10,384 nucleotides of DNA. It comes from Pseudomonadota bacterium. GTDB taxonomy: Bacteria > Bdellovibrionota > FAC87 > UBA2466. The position numbers were made by a program, and so were the translations under genes. This document shows, piece by piece, positions 7,202 to 10,384 of the stretch (positions are counted from its first letter, which is position 1; each line of letters begins with the position of its first letter). Where the stretch lies: contig JAYSWN010000117.1 in NCBI GenBank assembly GCA_043718025.1, positions 1-10,384 on the forward strand, written 5' to 3'. The notes below the pieces were generated by a model, which was not told the DNA's origin, made no database searches, and saw nothing but the letters and a program-made list of their open reading frames with translations.

Positions 7202-7978
7202 TCAACTCAGTTTAAATTGCGACCACACCGGCGCGTGATCGGAGGGCAGGGCCCCTTTTCGCTCGTCACGACAAATGCCAGAAGCCACGCAGCGATCGGC
7301 GATCGCTTTGCTTCCCAGCAGGTAGTCGATGCGCATGCCTTTATTTTTGGGAAAGCCTAAGTTGCGGTAGTCCCACCAGGTAAACTTGCCCGCCTCTTCG
7401 TCAAATTTGCGATACAGATCGGTAAAGCCCAGAGCGTAAATCTGCTTAAGGGCCAGGCGTTCGGCGTCGGAACAGAGCACTTGCCCCTCCCACGCCTTAG
7501 GGTCGTGCACGTCACGATCTTCGGGGGCGATGTTGTAGTCGCCGCAGAGCAGGGTGGGTTGATTTGCGTAGCCCCCCTTTTGCAAAAAGTGATTTAAACG
7601 CGTCAGCCATTTCAACTTGTAGGCGTACTTGTCGGAACCCACCGACTGTCCGTTAGGCACGTACAGCGAAAAAATCCAGCCCAGTTCAAAGCGCGCGCCA
7701 ATCACGCGCGACTGCACGTCTTCATCGCCATCGCAAAAACTTTTTACCACCTCAAGCGGTGCTTCGCGGCTTAGGATGGCCACTCCATTGAAGGTTTTTT
7801 GACCGAACACTTCGGCGTGGTAGCCGGCACTTTTAACTGCCTCCCACGGAAAAATCTCGTCGAGCCCTTTCAACTCTTGCAGGCAGAGGTAGTCAGGATT
7901 TTCGCGCGCCAAAAAGGCAATGAGCCTTTCGAGGCGGGCTTTAACGGAGTTTACGTTCCAGGTAAAAACTTTGCGCAT
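7202..7978 (-). CDS. xth: exodeoxyribonuclease III (AP endonuclease)
   Basis: TWNVNS, LCLQELK, NGVAILSR, YVPNG, CGDYNIAP, FTWWDYR, RIDYLL, SDHAPV motifs. Confidence 0.96.
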   Translation of the reverse strand: MRKVFTWNVNSVKARLERLIAFLARENPDYLCLQELKGLDEIFPWEAVKSAGYHAEVFGQKTFNGVAILSREAPLEVVKSFCDGDEDVQSRVIGARFELGWIFSLYVPNGQSVGSDKYAYKLKWLTRLNHFLQKGGYANQPTLLCGDYNIAPEDRDVHDPKAWEGQVLCSDAERLALKQIYALGFTDLYRKFDEEAGKFTWWDYRNLGFPKNKGMRIDYLLGSKAIADRCVASGICRDERKGALPSDHAPVWSQFKLS

Positions 7979-8020
7979 GCGTGTCCCTAAAAAGGTCGCA
8001 TGATGGCACTGATTTAGGGG

Positions 8021-8530
8021 TTAGGGAAGCCGGCCAAAAAGTTCTTTAAGGTAGTAGTCGCGATTGCGGTTGTAGACCACGCCGGGAAGCGAAGTTGGGT
8101 TCATGATGCTCTTGGGCCCTACAAACTCGGTTTCACGCCGCGGGTTTTCGGTGGCGGTGCGGGTGTCGGGAATTCTGGCTTCGGTCGGTTCGTGTTCGCG
8201 GCGTAGAAGGCAATGGCCAAGTTCATGGTGAATCAAGGGCTCGCGGCTGCTGTCGTCCATGGTGGCCCACTTGTCGGGGTCGATCAGAATGCGGCGCCCG
8301 TTGATAAAGTGCCATTCGCAGCGTCCTGCTTCGTTTTCGTTTAGTTTGGCAAAGGTGATCGAAATGTTTTCGTCACCAAAAGTCGAGCGCCCCATTTCAG
8401 CCGAGTGAGCTTCAAATTTTTGAAAATAAACTTCGAATTCACCGCGCGCGCCGGGCCCGTCACTGACGCCACGACCGCAGCTCATCAACGCTGGCAAAAA
8501 GAGAATGGTTAGAATCACTCGAAAAAGCAC
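8021..8530 (-). CDS. lipoprotein, putative zinc metallopeptidase (metzincin-like)
   Basis: GTG start with GGAG SD. Lipobox ALMS-C, HELGHCLLRREH zinc motif, downstream SIMNP Met-turn-like motif. Confidence 0.78.
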   Translation of the reverse strand: MLFRVILTILFLPALMSCGRGVSDGPGARGEFEVYFQKFEAHSAEMGRSTFGDENISITFAKLNENEAGRCEWHFINGRRILIDPDKWATMDDSSREPLIHHELGHCLLRREHEPTEARIPDTRTATENPRRETEFVGPKSIMNPTSLPGVVYNRNRDYYLKELFGRLP

Positions 8531-8582
8531 TGATAGCTCCGCGCTTAGATAGGGCCATACGGGCCCTCTCGCCGGGCAGTAT

Positions 8583-8598
8583 TACAAGAATGACGCCA
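8583..8598 (-). promoter_or_regulatory. possible sigma54 promoter (TGGCGTCATTCTTGTA) for the metallopeptidase gene
   Basis: TGGC -24 box and TTGTA -12 box (GG-N10-GT variant), about 50 nt upstream of GTG 8530. Confidence 0.4.
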
Positions 8599-8755
8599 GC
8601 TTAACTTTGGGTTCAGCCGTCACTTAGCTAGCGGCGATTGCACTGTCTCATTGCTGGACGGTGTGACGTATTTGGGCCGGCGAAGGAATTCATGGGGATT
8701 CTTTATGACGGCGAGTGATTGGCGCCATGCTGCGCGCGGTGGTGACGGTGACAAA

Positions 8756-9432
8756 GAAACGCCAGATTCTCAGCCAGGTTGAGCCCGTCTCTCGCAGTGG
8801 GAAATTCGAGACTCGATTTCGCAAAAAATTGCGTCAAATAGAATCTTGGAGTGGGCAAAGTGTGGGGAGAGTGGGGTTTTGCCTTGGCGTTTCACTTAAG
8901 GGAAGACTTTAGCTTTTCATCCTGGTGCTGCCGAGTTGTGCTGTACCGTGGAGGCGCAACTTATTGTGCGACGACCACTTTCACTTGGTTCCCCTTACTT
9001 GTCTTATAGTCATCGCCCGAGGTTCTTTTTTGCGCGAGGCTTCGATTCGGGTGGGTTGTTTCCTACGGAAATTTTCCGCCGTTGAAATGGCTCTGATTTT
9101 TTTTTCTCTCTTTTCCGGGAAGAAAAATTTAAAAAAAAATCCGAAAACGGGTGGAACGCTTTTGATTTAGTTCGATTGTTGAGCCCTCCTAAATAGCACC
9201 AGCCCCGAAGTGAGGTTGTCGCGCCAAAGACAAAAAAGCAAAGCGGGTGACGTCGCGACTTGAAACACCGCCAACGCCCGGTCTTGCACTGCCCGCCCGA
9301 ATCACGCCCGGGTGGAAGCGCCTCCCAACCCCCACGAGCAACGCGATAGCAACCACGACCCGCAGCCGTTAGGGTTATGATCCTAAATAATTTGGTCGTT
9401 GGCTTCAAACCCAGCATCGCCTAACAACGACC
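8756..9432. other. hairpin-rich non-coding region, candidate structured RNA(s) or repeat-element remnant
   Basis: Multiple stems found by eye: 8756-65/8884-93, 8933-62, 9044-55/9292-9303, 9095-9105/9131-41, 9244-80, 9324-73. No credible CDS and no match to RNA families I can recognise. Confidence 0.35.
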
Positions 9433-9495
9433 CTCGGTGTGTGCCGTTTCGACATGGGCTTTCCCCTTTAAACTCTGCGGACCCTATCGGTCAGC

Positions 9496-9511
9496 TGGCG
9501 TGGCATTTGCA
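9496..9511 (+). promoter_or_regulatory. sigma54 (-24/-12) promoter TGGCGTGGCATTTGCA for the ankyrin gene
   Basis: TGGC...TTGCA with exact GG-N10-GC spacing (9497-98/9509-10), followed by GGAG (9525-28) and ATG 9537. Confidence 0.65.
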
Positions 9512-9536
9512 GATACGGCGGTTCGGAGTGTGGAAG

Positions 9537-10265
9537 ATGACTTACCGGGTATTTGTATTGAGTTTTCTATTGTTGAGCAGCGGGGTAGTCAGTGCATCCC
9601 CACCTGACACTACCGCGCCAAAGCACGCTAGCCCAAATGGTGGCAGTCGGGCGTTCGTAAATGAAAAGGTGATAACGCCAGCGCGTAGCGACAATCCAGA
9701 ACTTTTCGATAATTTAGGTCGCTGCGACGATAAAACGTTGACGAGACTAAGCAAGCTGCTTGAGGACGGGGCCAACGTGAATTCAAAGGACACGTTCCCG
9801 TGGAACCCGCAGGGAAATCTACTTCACCGCATCGGTAAGTGGGAGGTTGTGTTCTGTTCAAGGGTTGATTTAAGGATCATTCAATTACTAATTGATCGTG
9901 GCATTAACGTGAACGCGGTCGACTCTTTAGGAAATACAGCTCTGCACACCTGGCTTCGTTCTGCGCCGGAAGCCTCTGACATAAAAGAAATCGTTCCAAT
10001 GCTCATCAAAGCCGGAGCGGACCTGAATTTAAAAAATAATCGCGGGGAAACGCCCCTGGACATCGCCGTGGACCTATTGCTGGCTTCCACCGATATCGAC
10101 GACTCCGAACGAGATGCCATCGCGAAAAAGGAGAAAGTTCCTTTTCTTGGTTCCGGTTATTGGCACTTGGCCGCGGCTCGCAAGGATTTAAAAGAGGTAG
10201 TGAGAATTCTACGGGATGCTGCCGCGAAAAAAGCAAAAAGTTCAGAGGTTGAGGTTCTTAAATAG
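9537..10265 (+). CDS. exported ankyrin-repeat protein (242 aa)
   Basis: ATG 9537 with SD. Signal MTYRVFVLSFLLLSSGVVSA. Ankyrin motifs LLEDGANVNSKD, LLIDRGINVNAVDSLGNTALH, LIKAGADLNLKNNRGETPLDIA. Confidence 0.88.
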   Translation: MTYRVFVLSFLLLSSGVVSASPPDTTAPKHASPNGGSRAFVNEKVITPARSDNPELFDNLGRCDDKTLTRLSKLLEDGANVNSKDTFPWNPQGNLLHRIGKWEVVFCSRVDLRIIQLLIDRGINVNAVDSLGNTALHTWLRSAPEASDIKEIVPMLIKAGADLNLKNNRGETPLDIAVDLLLASTDIDDSERDAIAKKEKVPFLGSGYWHLAAARKDLKEVVRILRDAAAKKAKSSEVEVLK

Positions 10266-10328
10266 TTCCTGTCGGGAAATGAAAATATCCGCCCGAAGGG
10301 CGGTCCTAAATTTCTTCCCGACCGGAAC
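10265..10328. repeat. long imperfect inverted repeat immediately after the ankyrin gene
   Basis: GTTCC/GGAAC, GTCGGGAA/TTCCCGAC, GAAA/TTTC and inner CCGCCC-GAA-GGGCGG stems. No U-tract follows. Confidence 0.7.
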
Positions 10329-10330
10329 GT

Positions 10331-10356
10331 GTCCTGAGGCGCAGCCGAAGGATCTC
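10331..10356 (+). repeat. REP-like palindrome (TCCT-GA-GGC-GCA-GCC-GA-AGGA-TCT)
   Basis: Short hairpin with tandem GA/GA mismatches, resembling the widespread GTCATCCTGAGCGNAGCGAAGGATCT-type intergenic repeats. TTCTTGAGG at the window edge may begin a second copy. Confidence 0.55.
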
Positions 10357-10384
10357 GTTGTACCCGGCAGAGCCGTTCTTGAGG

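Noticed and set aside
8820..8890. c-di-GMP-I riboswitch on the minus strand (GGCAAA...GACGCAA)
   Set aside because: Spacing too long, no GNRA-capped stem between the motifs, and no downstream consensus.
9090..9145. oriC / DNA unwinding element
   Set aside because: No DnaA boxes (TTATCCACA) nearby and no dnaA/gidA context.
9280..9330. cobalamin riboswitch (GCACTGCCCGC resembles part of the core)
   Set aside because: Lacks the GGGAA, GCAACTGT, GCCACTG and AGCCAGGAGACC elements, and is far from icmF.
8715..9417. ORFs 8715-8912, 8925-9170 and 9010-9417 as proteins
   Set aside because: No convincing SD or domains, atypical composition, and two of them run through homopolymer tracts.
9323..9425. 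integron attC site (TCCCAAC...GTTAGGG; GCCTAAC at 9419)
   Set aside because: About 52 bp, shorter than typical attC. R/L box spacing does not fit, GCCTAAC has no partner R' box, and there is no integrase or cassette ORF upstream.
8531..9536. tRNA, tmRNA, RNase P, SRP or 6S RNA
   Set aside because: None of their conserved signature sequences or end structures could be found by eye on either strand. An Rfam scan would be decisive.
9399..9536. N-terminal extension of the ankyrin ORF from TTG 9399
   Set aside because: It spans the sigma54 promoter. The signal peptide and SD indicate ATG 9537.

Overview
A chromosomal-looking window of moderate GC from a diderm bacterium. The many exported hypothetical proteins and sigma54-type promoters are compatible with a Bdellovibrionota/deltaproteobacterial-like organism (inference only). 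Recognisable genes are the 5' end of icmF (cut by the window edge and missed by the ORF track), rnd, a DUF4442 hotdog-fold protein, an EI24/CysZ-like membrane protein, cutA, a Blc-type lipocalin and xth. These are interleaved with six exported proteins of uncertain function: a Cys-rich mini-protein, a basic low-complexity protein, an amidoligase-like enzyme with a signal peptide, a Gly/Pro-rich lipoprotein, a metzincin-like lipoprotein and an ankyrin protein. No rRNA, tRNA, CRISPR, transposase or integrase was seen. The leads most worth following are: (i) a ~1 kb non-coding region (8531-9536) with strand-asymmetric hairpin arrays facing a central A/T palindrome; (ii) the exported amidoligase-like enzyme; (iii) a recurring 17-bp TGTC-N9-GACA-like site next to GG-N10-GC promoters of exported-protein genes; and (iv) apparently leaderless divergent icmF/rnd promoters. 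None is established as a new system from sequence alone.
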